Assembly (NCBI GenBank): GCA_017428495.1
Contig: JAFRQS010000023.1
Location: 670 to 64,669, forward strand
Source: Bacilli bacterium
GTDB lineage: Bacteria; Bacillota_I; Bacilli_A; RF39; UBA660
DNA: 64,000 bases
Reading direction: 5' to 3'
The translations under genes were made by a program, and so were the position numbers. The notes beneath the pieces were generated by a model. That model saw nothing but the letters and a program-made list of their open reading frames with translations. It did not search any database and was not told the DNA's origin. This document shows positions 51,156 through 60,945 of this stretch, piece by piece (within the stretch, counting starts at the first letter, position 1; each line of letters opens with the position of its first letter).

Positions 51156-52769
51156 ATGAAAAAAAGTAGAACTTCTCCAATATTAATAATTATAATTATA
51201 TATATATTTATTTCATTAGTAAATAATATGAGAGTAGGCAATCCTCATAATAATGAAAAAGTAAGAGTAAGAGATAAAAATACTTTTAGAATAATTGCGT
51301 CTACTTCTACTAGTGCATTAGATGATAAGATTATTGCATATGCAAAAAAAGATGGATTTAAAGTAGAAATAGAACATTATGGAGACTTAGAAATAGTAAG
51401 TAAATTGAATAATAATAGTAAAGACTATGATGCTGTATGGATATCTAATTCTATATGGCTTTATATGCTTGATAATAGTTATTTAACTACTGATAGTAAG
51501 TCTATAGTTATAGATCCAGTAGTAATTGGTATAGAAAAGAGTAAAGCTAAAGAATTAGGATTTATTGATAATGACGTATATAATAAAGATTTGTTAAATG
51601 TTATTAGAGATGGTAAATTAAAATATGTAATGGCTTCAGTTACTAAGACAAATACAGGTGCTACTAGTTATTTGAGTTTTTTAAATAGTCTTGCTGGAAG
51701 TCCTGAAGTATTAACAGAGGAAATGCTAGATAATGAAGAATTAACTAATGATTTAAAAGATTTCTTTAAAGGTGTTGAAAGAGTATCTGGGGATGAGTCA
51801 TATTTAAAAGATATGTATTTAAATGGAAATTATAATGCAATGATAAATTATGAGAGTTCTTTAATTGAGTTAAATAAAGAGTTAATAAAAAAAGGAAAAG
51901 AGCCTTTATATTTAATATATCCAATTGATGGAGTAGCGATTAATGATATGCCATTCGCATATATAAATAATGATTCAAATGATACAACTACTAAGGATAG
52001 ATTTAAAGTAATTCAATCATATTTAAGAAGTGATGAAGTGATTAAATTATTAGAAGGTTATGGATATAGATCTTGGTATGGTGGTACAAATACTAATGTA
52101 AATAAAAATGTATTTAATCCTGATTGGGGAATAGATACTACTAAATATCTAAAAGATATGAAATATCCAAGCAAATCAGTCATTACTAAAGCAATGAGAT
52201 TATATATATCAATAATCAGGAAACCAACACATGTAGTGTTCTGTTTAGATTTATCAGGAAGTATGTATGGAAGTGGAATAAAAGAATTAAAAGAGGCAAT
52301 GAATTATATACTTGATTATGATAAGGCAAGTATAGATAATTTACAATTTTCTGATAGTGATAAAATAACTATTATTACATTTAATGGTGATGTAAAAGAT
52401 ATATATGATACTAGATATGGTAGTGAAACAAAAGATATAATTGTGGATATTAATAAACTAGAAACTGGTGGAACAACTAATATTTATAGTCCAAGTATTG
52501 AAGGTTTAAAAATATTATCTAAAGATAATTCAAATGAGTATACAAAAACAATAATTCTCATGACTGATGGTCAATCAAATGAAGGTTCATATGAGCAATT
52601 GCGTAGATATTATATAGATAATAAGTTTGATGTTCCAATATACAGTATTACCTTCGGTAATTCAAGTGAAAGGGAATTAAAATCATTAGCAGATTTATCA
52701 AATGCTAAAGTATTTAATGGTAAAGATGGATTATTAAAAGCATTCAGTGAAGTAAGGAGTTATAACTAA
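51156..52769 (+). CDS. Membrane-anchored substrate-binding (PBP-II-like) plus vWA domain protein
   Basis: N-terminal TM; SBP-like region; MIDAS motifs DLSGS, GGT and MTDG. Confidence 0.88.
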   Translation: MKKSRTSPILIIIIIYIFISLVNNMRVGNPHNNEKVRVRDKNTFRIIASTSTSALDDKIIAYAKKDGFKVEIEHYGDLEIVSKLNNNSKDYDAVWISNSIWLYMLDNSYLTTDSKSIVIDPVVIGIEKSKAKELGFIDNDVYNKDLLNVIRDGKLKYVMASVTKTNTGATSYLSFLNSLAGSPEVLTEEMLDNEELTNDLKDFFKGVERVSGDESYLKDMYLNGNYNAMINYESSLIELNKELIKKGKEPLYLIYPIDGVAINDMPFAYINNDSNDTTTKDRFKVIQSYLRSDEVIKLLEGYGYRSWYGGTNTNVNKNVFNPDWGIDTTKYLKDMKYPSKSVITKAMRLYISIIRKPTHVVFCLDLSGSMYGSGIKELKEAMNYILDYDKASIDNLQFSDSDKITIITFNGDVKDIYDTRYGSETKDIIVDINKLETGGTTNIYSPSIEGLKILSKDNSNEYTKTIILMTDGQSNEGSYEQLRRYYIDNKFDVPIYSITFGNSSERELKSLADLSNAKVFNGKDGLLKAFSEVRSYN

Positions 52770-52770
52770 T

Positions 52771-53394
52771 ATGAAGAATAAAGAAGTAGTATCAGCAATA
52801 TTAGGAAGTGCATTTTTTGCTGTTCCTTATTTAGCTTTATCTACAGCACTTCTTCCAGCATTGGCAATTGGATGCGCTGCATTTGGAGCCAGTGAACTTG
52901 TTTTATCAGGTAATACAAAAGAAATACTTAAAGACTCAAATCGTCCTTTATATCTAAAATTACAAGATGCAAAAAAACAAAGTAAAGAGATATTGAATTT
53001 AATACCAAAAGTTGAAAGAGAAGAAACAAAATACAATTTGAAAGAAATACATAGTACTGTAGATAAAATTATAGAAGTAATTGAAAATAATCCTAAGAAA
53101 GCAAAAAGAATTGACAATTTCTTTGATTTCTATTTACCTGTATTAATAAAAATAGTAAATAGATATGATGAAGTAGAAAATAAAAATTTGACTTCTAAAG
53201 AAGGAAAAGACTTCATGAAAAAAGCTGATAAAATGATTGCAGATACAAATACTGCATTTAAAACTATTTTATCTTCTTTATATCAAAAGGATTTAATTGA
53301 TGCTGATGCTGATATGAAGGTATATGATATGATGTTGAAAGCAGATGGTATAGTTGATGATGAATTAATGAAAGGTAGTGATAAGGATGAATAA
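52771..53394 (+). CDS. XpaC-like (5-bromo-4-chloroindolyl phosphate hydrolysis family) protein
   Basis: Two N-terminal TMs; NPKKAKRIDNFFDFYLP and DADMKVYDMMLKADG; upstream of TelA. Confidence 0.85.
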   Translation: MKNKEVVSAILGSAFFAVPYLALSTALLPALAIGCAAFGASELVLSGNTKEILKDSNRPLYLKLQDAKKQSKEILNLIPKVEREETKYNLKEIHSTVDKIIEVIENNPKKAKRIDNFFDFYLPVLIKIVNRYDEVENKNLTSKEGKDFMKKADKMIADTNTAFKTILSSLYQKDLIDADADMKVYDMMLKADGIVDDELMKGSDKDE

Positions 53395-54586
53395 GAAAAC
53401 GTTTATAGGGATCACAATATTTGTAGTTTTAATACTTTTAATAATTTTTATAAAAGTATCCAAAGATAAAAATGGTAAGGATATTTTTAGCGGTAATTTA
53501 ACAACAATTTATGTTGCAGCAGGTGGTGGTAAAGAAGATTTTCTTGCTGATTCTGATGTAAAGAAAATTTTAAAAAATAAATATAAAATAGAAGTTGTTT
53601 ATGATACATGGAGTAATGGTAAAACAATTACTAAACCTCTTATTCGTGAAAGTGTAGGACTTGGTGATAGTGCTATTGCAAGAGAAATAAGTGAAGGTGA
53701 GACATATACAATTAATTCTAGTGGTGTATCAAAATATGATGCATTGTTTACATCAGATCAAAGATTCTATGATTACTATAAATTATTTCCAAATAAGGAA
53801 TTAGGTGAATCAGATAGATATACAGTATTAGACGGAGGACTTACATTAAATACACCTATAGTAATATATAGTTGGAGAGAAGTAGTAGATGCTTTAATAA
53901 ATGAAAAAATAGTGACATTGGATAATGGTGTTTACTATATAACTGATATGAATAAATTAATAAATTATATATTAACTGGTAAGAAATGGAAGGACATTGG
54001 GTTAAGTAATTTATATGGAACAATTAATATTGCATCTACAGACCCAGTTACATCAAGCCCAGGTGCAACTTATTATGGATTGTTACTTTCAATATTAAGT
54101 GAAAGTCAAGTAACAAGTGAAAATATAGAAAAGAATTTACCAAAATTAAAAGAATTTTATATTAAATCTGGATATATGAATAATACACCAGCTGATTTAT
54201 TTGAAAGGTATTTAAAGACAGGTATGGGTGGTGAACCAATGATAGTAGATTATGAGAAAAGCATGATTGATTTTGCTAACTCTAGTCCAGATGCATTTAA
54301 TCAAGTAAAGGATGAAATAAGGGTTTTATATCCAACACCTACAATATGGAATTCACATTGTTTTACAGTGTTTACTGAGAATGGTAAAAAGCTATATGAA
54401 GCATTAAATGATAAAGAAATTGGTCAAATTGCATGGTCTAAATATGGTTTTAGAACTGGTGTTACTGGTGGTACATATGATGTATCTGGAATAGGTATTG
54501 GAGTACCTCAAAGTATTACAAGTACAGTATCTAGTTTAAAAATGGATACTTACAATAAATTAATAGATTATTTGAAGGAGAATTAA
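53387..54586 (+). CDS. Second membrane-anchored SBP-like protein
   Basis: N-terminal TM; YVAAGGGKEDFL, NTPIVIYSW and STDPVTSSPG. Confidence 0.75.
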   Translation: MNKKTFIGITIFVVLILLIIFIKVSKDKNGKDIFSGNLTTIYVAAGGGKEDFLADSDVKKILKNKYKIEVVYDTWSNGKTITKPLIRESVGLGDSAIAREISEGETYTINSSGVSKYDALFTSDQRFYDYYKLFPNKELGESDRYTVLDGGLTLNTPIVIYSWREVVDALINEKIVTLDNGVYYITDMNKLINYILTGKKWKDIGLSNLYGTINIASTDPVTSSPGATYYGLLLSILSESQVTSENIEKNLPKLKEFYIKSGYMNNTPADLFERYLKTGMGGEPMIVDYEKSMIDFANSSPDAFNQVKDEIRVLYPTPTIWNSHCFTVFTENGKKLYEALNDKEIGQIAWSKYGFRTGVTGGTYDVSGIGIGVPQSITSTVSSLKMDTYNKLIDYLKEN

Positions 54587-54587
54587 T

Positions 54588-55739
54588 ATGAGTATGGAAC
54601 TAAAAGTAAAAGCTAAAATGGATGATAAGAAGGTAGAAGAATTAGCAAATAATAAAAAAGTATCTGAAGAAATGATTGAATCATCATTAAATTATGATTT
54701 GCTATCTAAAGAAGAAAAAGAAGCAATTGATGAATTTAATAGTATGATTGATATTAATGATTCAGCGCAAATTCTTCAATTTGGTGCTGCTGCACAAGAA
54801 AAAATATCTAAATTTTCTGATAGTATATTAGAAGATGTTAAAACAAAGAATACAGGAGAAGTGGGTGATTTACTAGCCAACTTAGTTAGTCAAATTAAAT
54901 CATTTGATTCTGATATAACAAAAAGTAACAAAAGAGGATTGATTGCTAAGATATTTAGTAATGCTAAAAAAGAATTGGATTTTATAATTGCTAAATATAG
55001 CAAAATTGAAAAGAATATTGATGGTATTGAAAATAAATTGGAAAAAGATAAGATTCAAATGTTAAAAGATATTACTGTATTTGATAGTATGTATGAAAAG
55101 AATCTTGAATATTTTAAAGAATTATCATTATATATAATTGCTGGAGAAAGAAAGTTAACAGAATTAAGAGAAGTAGAGTTACCTAAACTTGTAAAGCAAG
55201 CTAAAGAGAGTGGAGAACAGTTGGATACTCAAAAGGTTAATGATATGGAAAATCTAATTAATAGATTTGAAAAGAAAATATATGATTTAAAAACTACAAG
55301 AATTATATCTATTCAAATGGCTCCACAAATTAGATTATTACAAAATAATGAAGCTGAACTTGCTGAAAAGATTCAAAGTTCAATAACTAATACAATACCA
55401 TTATGGAAGAATCAAATGGTACTTGCGCTTGGAATTAATAATGCAAAGCAAGCATTAAAAACTCAACAGGCTGTGTCTAAATTGACTAATGATATGTTAG
55501 TTAAGAATAGTGAGACTTTAAAGCAAGGTTCTGTTGAAATAGCAGAAGAGAGTGAAAAAGCTATTGTTAATGTTGAAACATTACAAAAGACTAATCAAAA
55601 TTTAATTGAAACATTAGATAAAGTAATAGAAATACATAAGAATGGAAGAATAAAGAGACAAGAAGCTGAAAAGACATTAGAAGAAATAGAAAAAGAATTA
55701 AAAGCAAAAATGTTGGAAATACAAGTAGATAAGAAGTAG
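54588..55739 (+). CDS. telA: Toxic anion resistance protein TelA/YaaN family
   Basis: ILQFGAAAQ, LYIIAGE, QMAPQIRLLQ and TIPLWKNQMVLALG. Confidence 0.93.
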   Translation: MSMELKVKAKMDDKKVEELANNKKVSEEMIESSLNYDLLSKEEKEAIDEFNSMIDINDSAQILQFGAAAQEKISKFSDSILEDVKTKNTGEVGDLLANLVSQIKSFDSDITKSNKRGLIAKIFSNAKKELDFIIAKYSKIEKNIDGIENKLEKDKIQMLKDITVFDSMYEKNLEYFKELSLYIIAGERKLTELREVELPKLVKQAKESGEQLDTQKVNDMENLINRFEKKIYDLKTTRIISIQMAPQIRLLQNNEAELAEKIQSSITNTIPLWKNQMVLALGINNAKQALKTQQAVSKLTNDMLVKNSETLKQGSVEIAEESEKAIVNVETLQKTNQNLIETLDKVIEIHKNGRIKRQEAEKTLEEIEKELKAKMLEIQVDKK

Positions 55740-55745
55740 GTTTAT

Positions 55746-57314
55746 ATGAATACGCGTAATTACTTTGAAGGTATTTATGATGATTTTTTTGGAGTAGAAA
55801 AAGAAAAAAGTAATGAAGAAATAAAAAAGGGAAGTCAGGAAGAAATGACTTCTCTCTTTGAAAAGATTAATAATCTGTATGTTACGGATGATTCTAAAAA
55901 TCTACTTAAAAAAATTATTGAATACATGAGAAAATATGATGAAGGTATAGAAAAGAATTATATACCATTTAATATAATATTAGAAATTAATAATAGTGCT
56001 ATTAAAAATGAAATAGTGGAAATATTATCTACATCTGCATTATATTTTTCATACATTGATAAAGATAAAAAAGAAATATCAATGTATGAATTAGATAATG
56101 ATTTTAATTGTGGATTTATAATACTAAATTATTTAAATGGTATAAATTTAGAAGAAGATAAAAATATTAAAACATTCTTTCATAATTTAGAAGAACATTT
56201 AAAATTAAATTCTAAATCTATTATGCTAGTAAGTGGTACTAATGAAGAACTTACTAATTTCTTTTTGGGTAGAGAATCTATTAAGAATAAGTATTTTGAA
56301 TTTAAATTAGTAGGAATAAATCCAGATGTACAAGATATATATGAATATGTTAATAATAAATTAGAATTAGATGATAATTTAAGAATAGAATTATTAGATT
56401 ATATATCAAATACATATAATAAGGGATCTAATTATATTGAATATCAAAATGATTTGGTTAGATATATATCATTTAATAAAGAAATACCTAAGAAAGAAGA
56501 ACCTAAGTCTTTAGAAGAAATATTTAAAGAATTGAATGAATTAGTAGGTTTATCTAAAGTTAAAAAAGTATTATATGAATTAGTTGATATGATTAAATTA
56601 AAAGAAAAGGCAGGTTCTACTTTAAAGATTAATGATATTAATTTACATATGATATTTTTAGGTAATCCTGGTACTGGTAAAACTACTATTGCTAGGATAA
56701 TATCAAGTATTTTGTATAATCTTGGTTATGTGAAAGAAAATAAATTAATAGAAGTATCTAGTAAAGATTTAGTAGCAGAGTATGTTGGTCAAACTGCTCC
56801 TAAAACTATGTCAGTAATAGAGAAAAGTTTAAATGGAGTATTATTTATTGATGAAGCTTATACTTTAGCAGTAAAAGGTGATAATACATATAATAGTGAA
56901 GCAATAGCTACATTAATACAATGTATGGAAAATTATAGAGATAAATTAGTAGTTATATTTGCGGGTTATACAAAAGAAATGCAAGACTTTTTAAATTCAA
57001 ATTCTGGAATTGCATCAAGAATAGGTTATACTTTAGAATTTGATGATTATACTACAGATGAGTTAAAGCAAATATTCTTAGGATTTATGAATAAAGCAGG
57101 ATTTATAGTAAAAGATGATGCTTTGGAATATTTAGAAGAAATAATTAATAAATATAGAAATATGAAAAATTTTGGTAATGCAAGATTTATAAGAAATATA
57201 TATGAAAAAACTATAGTAAAACATGCTTCTAATGTAAAAGATAAGAAGAGAAAAGATATATTAAAGACTATTACTAAAGAGGATATAAATATAGAGAATT
57301 TAATATTAGAATAA
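55746..57314 (+). CDS. SpoVK/CbbX-type AAA+ ATPase with a degenerate N-terminal AAA-like module
   Basis: HMIFLGNPGTGKT, LVAEYVGQTAPK, LFIDEAY and FGNARFIRN; the N-half lacks a Walker A. Confidence 0.88.
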   Translation: MNTRNYFEGIYDDFFGVEKEKSNEEIKKGSQEEMTSLFEKINNLYVTDDSKNLLKKIIEYMRKYDEGIEKNYIPFNIILEINNSAIKNEIVEILSTSALYFSYIDKDKKEISMYELDNDFNCGFIILNYLNGINLEEDKNIKTFFHNLEEHLKLNSKSIMLVSGTNEELTNFFLGRESIKNKYFEFKLVGINPDVQDIYEYVNNKLELDDNLRIELLDYISNTYNKGSNYIEYQNDLVRYISFNKEIPKKEEPKSLEEIFKELNELVGLSKVKKVLYELVDMIKLKEKAGSTLKINDINLHMIFLGNPGTGKTTIARIISSILYNLGYVKENKLIEVSSKDLVAEYVGQTAPKTMSVIEKSLNGVLFIDEAYTLAVKGDNTYNSEAIATLIQCMENYRDKLVVIFAGYTKEMQDFLNSNSGIASRIGYTLEFDDYTTDELKQIFLGFMNKAGFIVKDDALEYLEEIINKYRNMKNFGNARFIRNIYEKTIVKHASNVKDKKRKDILKTITKEDINIENLILE

Positions 57315-57339
57315 AAAGGTAACAATGTTACCTTTTTTT
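57314..57339. terminator. Bidirectional terminator
   Basis: AAAAAGGTAAC-AAT-GTTACCTTTTT between convergent genes. Confidence 0.8.
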
Positions 57340-57480
57340 ATAACTTACACACATAGTGCTTTCTTTTGTATCTTTTTTACCACAATTACTTATTTTAATA
57401 CAGTTTAGTTTGCATTTTCCTAAACTGCAATCACAGTATTTACATGATTTAACTGTGCAATCTATATTGTCATTAACCAT
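57328..57480 (-). CDS. DUF1540 small Cys-rich protein
   Basis: MVNDNIDCTVKSCKYC...CKLNCIKIS...STMCVSY; SD GAAAGGAG. Confidence 0.82.
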   Translation of the reverse strand: MVNDNIDCTVKSCKYCDCSLGKCKLNCIKISNCGKKDTKESTMCVSYKKR

Positions 57481-57498
57481 AAATACTCCTTTCATTAT

Positions 57499-57527
57499 TA
57501 TTATGTCCATTTTAATTATTGATATTC
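57499..57527 (-). promoter_or_regulatory. Sigma-G consensus promoter for the DUF1540 gene
   Basis: Minus strand GAATA-N17-CATAATA is a full match to GHATA-N17/18-CATAHTA. Confidence 0.65.
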
Positions 57528-57565
57528 TATTTCTAAATGTTATAATAAATTGTAATGGAGGGTTT

Positions 57566-58369
57566 ATGGATATAGTTAAGATTGATAATTTAATATTTAG
57601 ATATAATGATAATTATGTGTTTGATAAATTCTCCTTAGATATAAAAGAAGGCGAATGGTTGTGCATTTCTGGCCCAAATGGGAGTGGGAAATCCACATTA
57701 ATAAAAATCATTACTGGTTTATTAAAAACTGAATCTGGGGTATTTGTATGTGGTTTTAGAGTGAATCATAGAACTTTATTAAATATAAGAAAAAACATTG
57801 GAATAATATTTGATAATTTAGATAATTTATTTGTATGTGAAACAGTAGAAGACGATCTTGCATTTACATTAGAGAATCTATGCTATAAACCAGATGAAAT
57901 AAGTAGAAAAATAAGAAAAATTGCTATAGAATTAAATATAACTAATTTATTAAATAAATCAATAGAAGAATTAAGTGGTGGAGAAAAAGCAAAAGTAGCT
58001 TTAGCAGTAGCATTGATACACAATCCAAAAATATTAATAATAGATGAGTCTTTATCTATGATAGATGAAGAGGAAAGAACAAATATATTACAAGTATTAA
58101 ATAAAAAACATAAAGATGGTTTGACAATAATAAGTGTTATACATGATTTAAGGGAATCTTTTCTAGCAGATAGACTCATTATTCTTAATAATGGAGAAAT
58201 AATGTTAGATGGTAAACCATTAAAAGTAATGGAATATGATAAGATTTTAAATAGATTAGGGATAGAGTTGCCTTTTGAAACTGAATTATCTATTAAATTA
58301 AAATTATATGGATTATTAGATGAAATAATACCTGACGTAGAAAAGATGGTGGATACATTATGGCAATAG
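57566..58369 (+). CDS. ecfA1: ECF transporter ATPase EcfA1
   Basis: GPNGSGKS, ETVEDDLAFTLEN and LSGGE; start ATG 57566 after GGAGG. Confidence 0.92.
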   Translation: MDIVKIDNLIFRYNDNYVFDKFSLDIKEGEWLCISGPNGSGKSTLIKIITGLLKTESGVFVCGFRVNHRTLLNIRKNIGIIFDNLDNLFVCETVEDDLAFTLENLCYKPDEISRKIRKIAIELNITNLLNKSIEELSGGEKAKVALAVALIHNPKILIIDESLSMIDEEERTNILQVLNKKHKDGLTIISVIHDLRESFLADRLIILNNGEIMLDGKPLKVMEYDKILNRLGIELPFETELSIKLKLYGLLDEIIPDVEKMVDTLWQ

Positions 58370-59169
58370 TTTTAAAAAATGTATCATATAAACATAGTCC
58401 ATATGATAAAGAATATTTTTTAAGTAATGTTAATTTAGAAATAGATGATAATAAAATATGTGGAATAATAGGTAAAAGTGGTTCTGGCAAAACAACATTA
58501 TTAGAAATATTAGGTGGTATAAATAAACCTACTGATGGTGAAGTATTAATAAACTATGTTGACATAAATAAAGAAGATTATAGAAAAAATATTGGTATAG
58601 TATTTCAATTTCCAGAAGAACAATTTTTTGAAATAGATGTAAAAAGAGAAATAGAGTTTGCTGCAAAAAACTATCATGTAAAGAGAAAAAAATTAAAAGA
58701 AGTATTAAAAGTTGTTGGCTTAGAAGATAATATTTTGACTAGAAAATTAGATAGTTTAAGTAATGGCGAGAAAAGACTAATAGCAATAGCATCAGTATTA
58801 ATATATAATCCTAAAGTAATATTATTTGATGAGCCTACTATAGGATTAGACTATAAAAACAAAAAAAAGATTATTAATCTAATTAAAGATTTGAAAAATA
58901 GATATGATAAAACAATAATAATAGTGAGTCATGATATAGACTTATTGTATTTAATGTGTGATGATTTAATAATACTTAGTAATGGTAAAATAATTTTATA
59001 TGGTGATGTAGATTCCGTATTTAATGAAATTGATATACTTAAAAAGTATAATATACAAATACCTAGAATATTAAAATTTACTAATTATTTAAAAGATAAA
59101 AAAAACATAAGATTATTACCATGTAAAACAATTAATGATTTAATTAAGGAGGTGTATAGAAATGTATAA
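58360..59169 (+). CDS. ecfA2: ECF transporter ATPase EcfA2
   Basis: GKSGSGKT, VFQFPEEQFF and DEPTIGLD. Confidence 0.92.
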   Translation: MAIVLKNVSYKHSPYDKEYFLSNVNLEIDDNKICGIIGKSGSGKTTLLEILGGINKPTDGEVLINYVDINKEDYRKNIGIVFQFPEEQFFEIDVKREIEFAAKNYHVKRKKLKEVLKVVGLEDNILTRKLDSLSNGEKRLIAIASVLIYNPKVILFDEPTIGLDYKNKKKIINLIKDLKNRYDKTIIIVSHDIDLLYLMCDDLIILSNGKIILYGDVDSVFNEIDILKKYNIQIPRILKFTNYLKDKKNIRLLPCKTINDLIKEVYRNV

Positions 59170-59902
59170 CCTCACAAGATATTATAATGGTAATTCTGTA
59201 ATACATAACATTAATCCATTATGTAAACTTATATGTATATTAATGTTTACTTTTCTAGTATTGATGACTAATAATATATTATTTTTATTGATACTAACAA
59301 TACTTGTAGTTATATATATAGTATTAAGTGAAGTTCCAATAAAATTATATATAGATAATTTTAAATACATTTTACCATTTATATTATTTATATTAATTAT
59401 TAATATATTAACAAGCAACGTACATTCATCTATTATATCAATAATGAAATTGGTATTATTTATACTTTATTCATCAGTAAATATATTTACTACTAAATCA
59501 AATGATTTAACATATGGATTAGAGAAATTATTATCACCACTACAAATAATTGGTATAAACACTTCTAGTCTAGCACTTACTATATCTTTAGCTGTTAGAT
59601 TTATACCTACCATATTTAAACATGGACATAAAGTATACAAGTCTCAAATGAGTAGAGGATTAAGCTTTGAAGGTAGTTTAAAAGAGAAAATAGATAAATT
59701 GATGTCTTTAATAATACCCATCTTTAATATTTCATTAAAGAAAAGTGATGATATATCTAATGTGTTAGATATGAGATTATATGATTCTAATAGGAAAAGA
59801 TCAAAATATAAGCTTGTTGGCTTTAAAAATATAGATCAAAATATTTTATTAATTCATATTTTTGTGTTAATATTGTTCTTAGTTGTAGAGGTGATTTTAT
59901 GA
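59162..59902 (+). CDS. ecfT: ECF transporter T component
   Basis: LTISLAVRFIPT and QMSRG. Confidence 0.92.
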   Translation: MYNLTRYYNGNSVIHNINPLCKLICILMFTFLVLMTNNILFLLILTILVVIYIVLSEVPIKLYIDNFKYILPFILFILIINILTSNVHSSIISIMKLVLFILYSSVNIFTTKSNDLTYGLEKLLSPLQIIGINTSSLALTISLAVRFIPTIFKHGHKVYKSQMSRGLSFEGSLKEKIDKLMSLIIPIFNISLKKSDDISNVLDMRLYDSNRKRSKYKLVGFKNIDQNILLIHIFVLILFLVVEVIL

Positions 59903-60621
59903 GGTATTTAATAAATTTTTCATATGATGGTACACTATTCTATGGATATCAAAAACAGCCTAAACTAAGAACTGTTGAAGGGGAATTAGAAAAGGCATTA
60001 AAATTTATTAGTGGTGGAGAAGATATAATTATTCATTCATCAGGTAGAACTGATAGAGGAGTGCATGCAATTAATCAATATGCTCATTTTGATTTGAATA
60101 AAGATATAACATTATATAAACTTAAATGTGCACTAAATACCTATACGCCTAATGATATATATGTAAAGAGAGTAGAAATAGTAGATAATGAGTTTCATGC
60201 TAGATACAATGCAAAAAAGAAGACATATATTTATAAATTAAATACTAATGAATACAATCCATTAGAAAGAAATTATGTATACCAATATAATAAGAAATTA
60301 GATATAGATAAAATGAATATAGAAATAAAATATTTAATTGGTAAACATGATTATAGTTCTTTTGTAAACATGGAAGATAAGAAAGAATCATACGTAAGAA
60401 CTATATATGATGCATATATAACTGAAAAAGATGGACTTGTTACTTTCACTTTTATTGGTGATGGATTTTTAAAATATCAAATAAGGAATATGGTTGGGGC
60501 ATTGATAGAAGTAACTACTAAAAATAAAAGTATAAAAAAGATATTAGATTCTAAAGATAGAACTACTTTTGGTAAAATTGCACCTTCTGAGGGATTATAT
60601 CTTTTAAATGTAGAGTATTAA
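59899..60621 (+). CDS. truA: tRNA pseudouridine(38-40) synthase
   Basis: YDGTLFYGYQ, SGRTDRGVHA and FHARY. Confidence 0.97.
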   Translation: MRYLINFSYDGTLFYGYQKQPKLRTVEGELEKALKFISGGEDIIIHSSGRTDRGVHAINQYAHFDLNKDITLYKLKCALNTYTPNDIYVKRVEIVDNEFHARYNAKKKTYIYKLNTNEYNPLERNYVYQYNKKLDIDKMNIEIKYLIGKHDYSSFVNMEDKKESYVRTIYDAYITEKDGLVTFTFIGDGFLKYQIRNMVGALIEVTTKNKSIKKILDSKDRTTFGKIAPSEGLYLLNVEY

Positions 60622-60648
60622 AAAAAATTCACATTTGTGAATTTTTTT
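60620..60648. terminator. Bidirectional terminator
   Basis: AAAAAAATTCACA-TT-TGTGAATTTTTTT between convergent truA and DUF378 genes. Confidence 0.8.
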
Positions 60649-60847
60649 AATCTCTATCAAATAAATCTACTAATAAACCAATATTAACTAATCCAGCAAT
60701 ACCAACTAAACCATATACTATCATTGTGACTAAACTGCCAGCACCAAATAATGTTGCAACTAAGTCAAAATTAAACAATGCAATTAATCCCCAGTTCAAT
60801 GCACCAATAATAGTAATAATTAATGCAATTATTTGTAATGTTTTCAT
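60647..60847 (-). CDS. DUF378 (YuzA-like) small membrane protein
   Basis: IIGALNWGLIALFNFDLVATLFG and VYGLVGIAG. Confidence 0.93.
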   Translation of the reverse strand: MKTLQIIALIITIIGALNWGLIALFNFDLVATLFGAGSLVTMIVYGLVGIAGLVNIGLLVDLFDRD

Positions 60848-60945
60848 ATATCCTCCTTATTCACTTATTATAATTTCCATATTTTTAATAGTTATACATG
60901 AATATTTATAAATGATACCAATATAATTTATTGAAGAGGTGGAAA

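Noticed and set aside
57356-57565. 70-aa N-terminal extension of EcfA1
   Set aside because: Overlaps the DUF1540 gene and promoter on the other strand; the SD supports ATG 57566.
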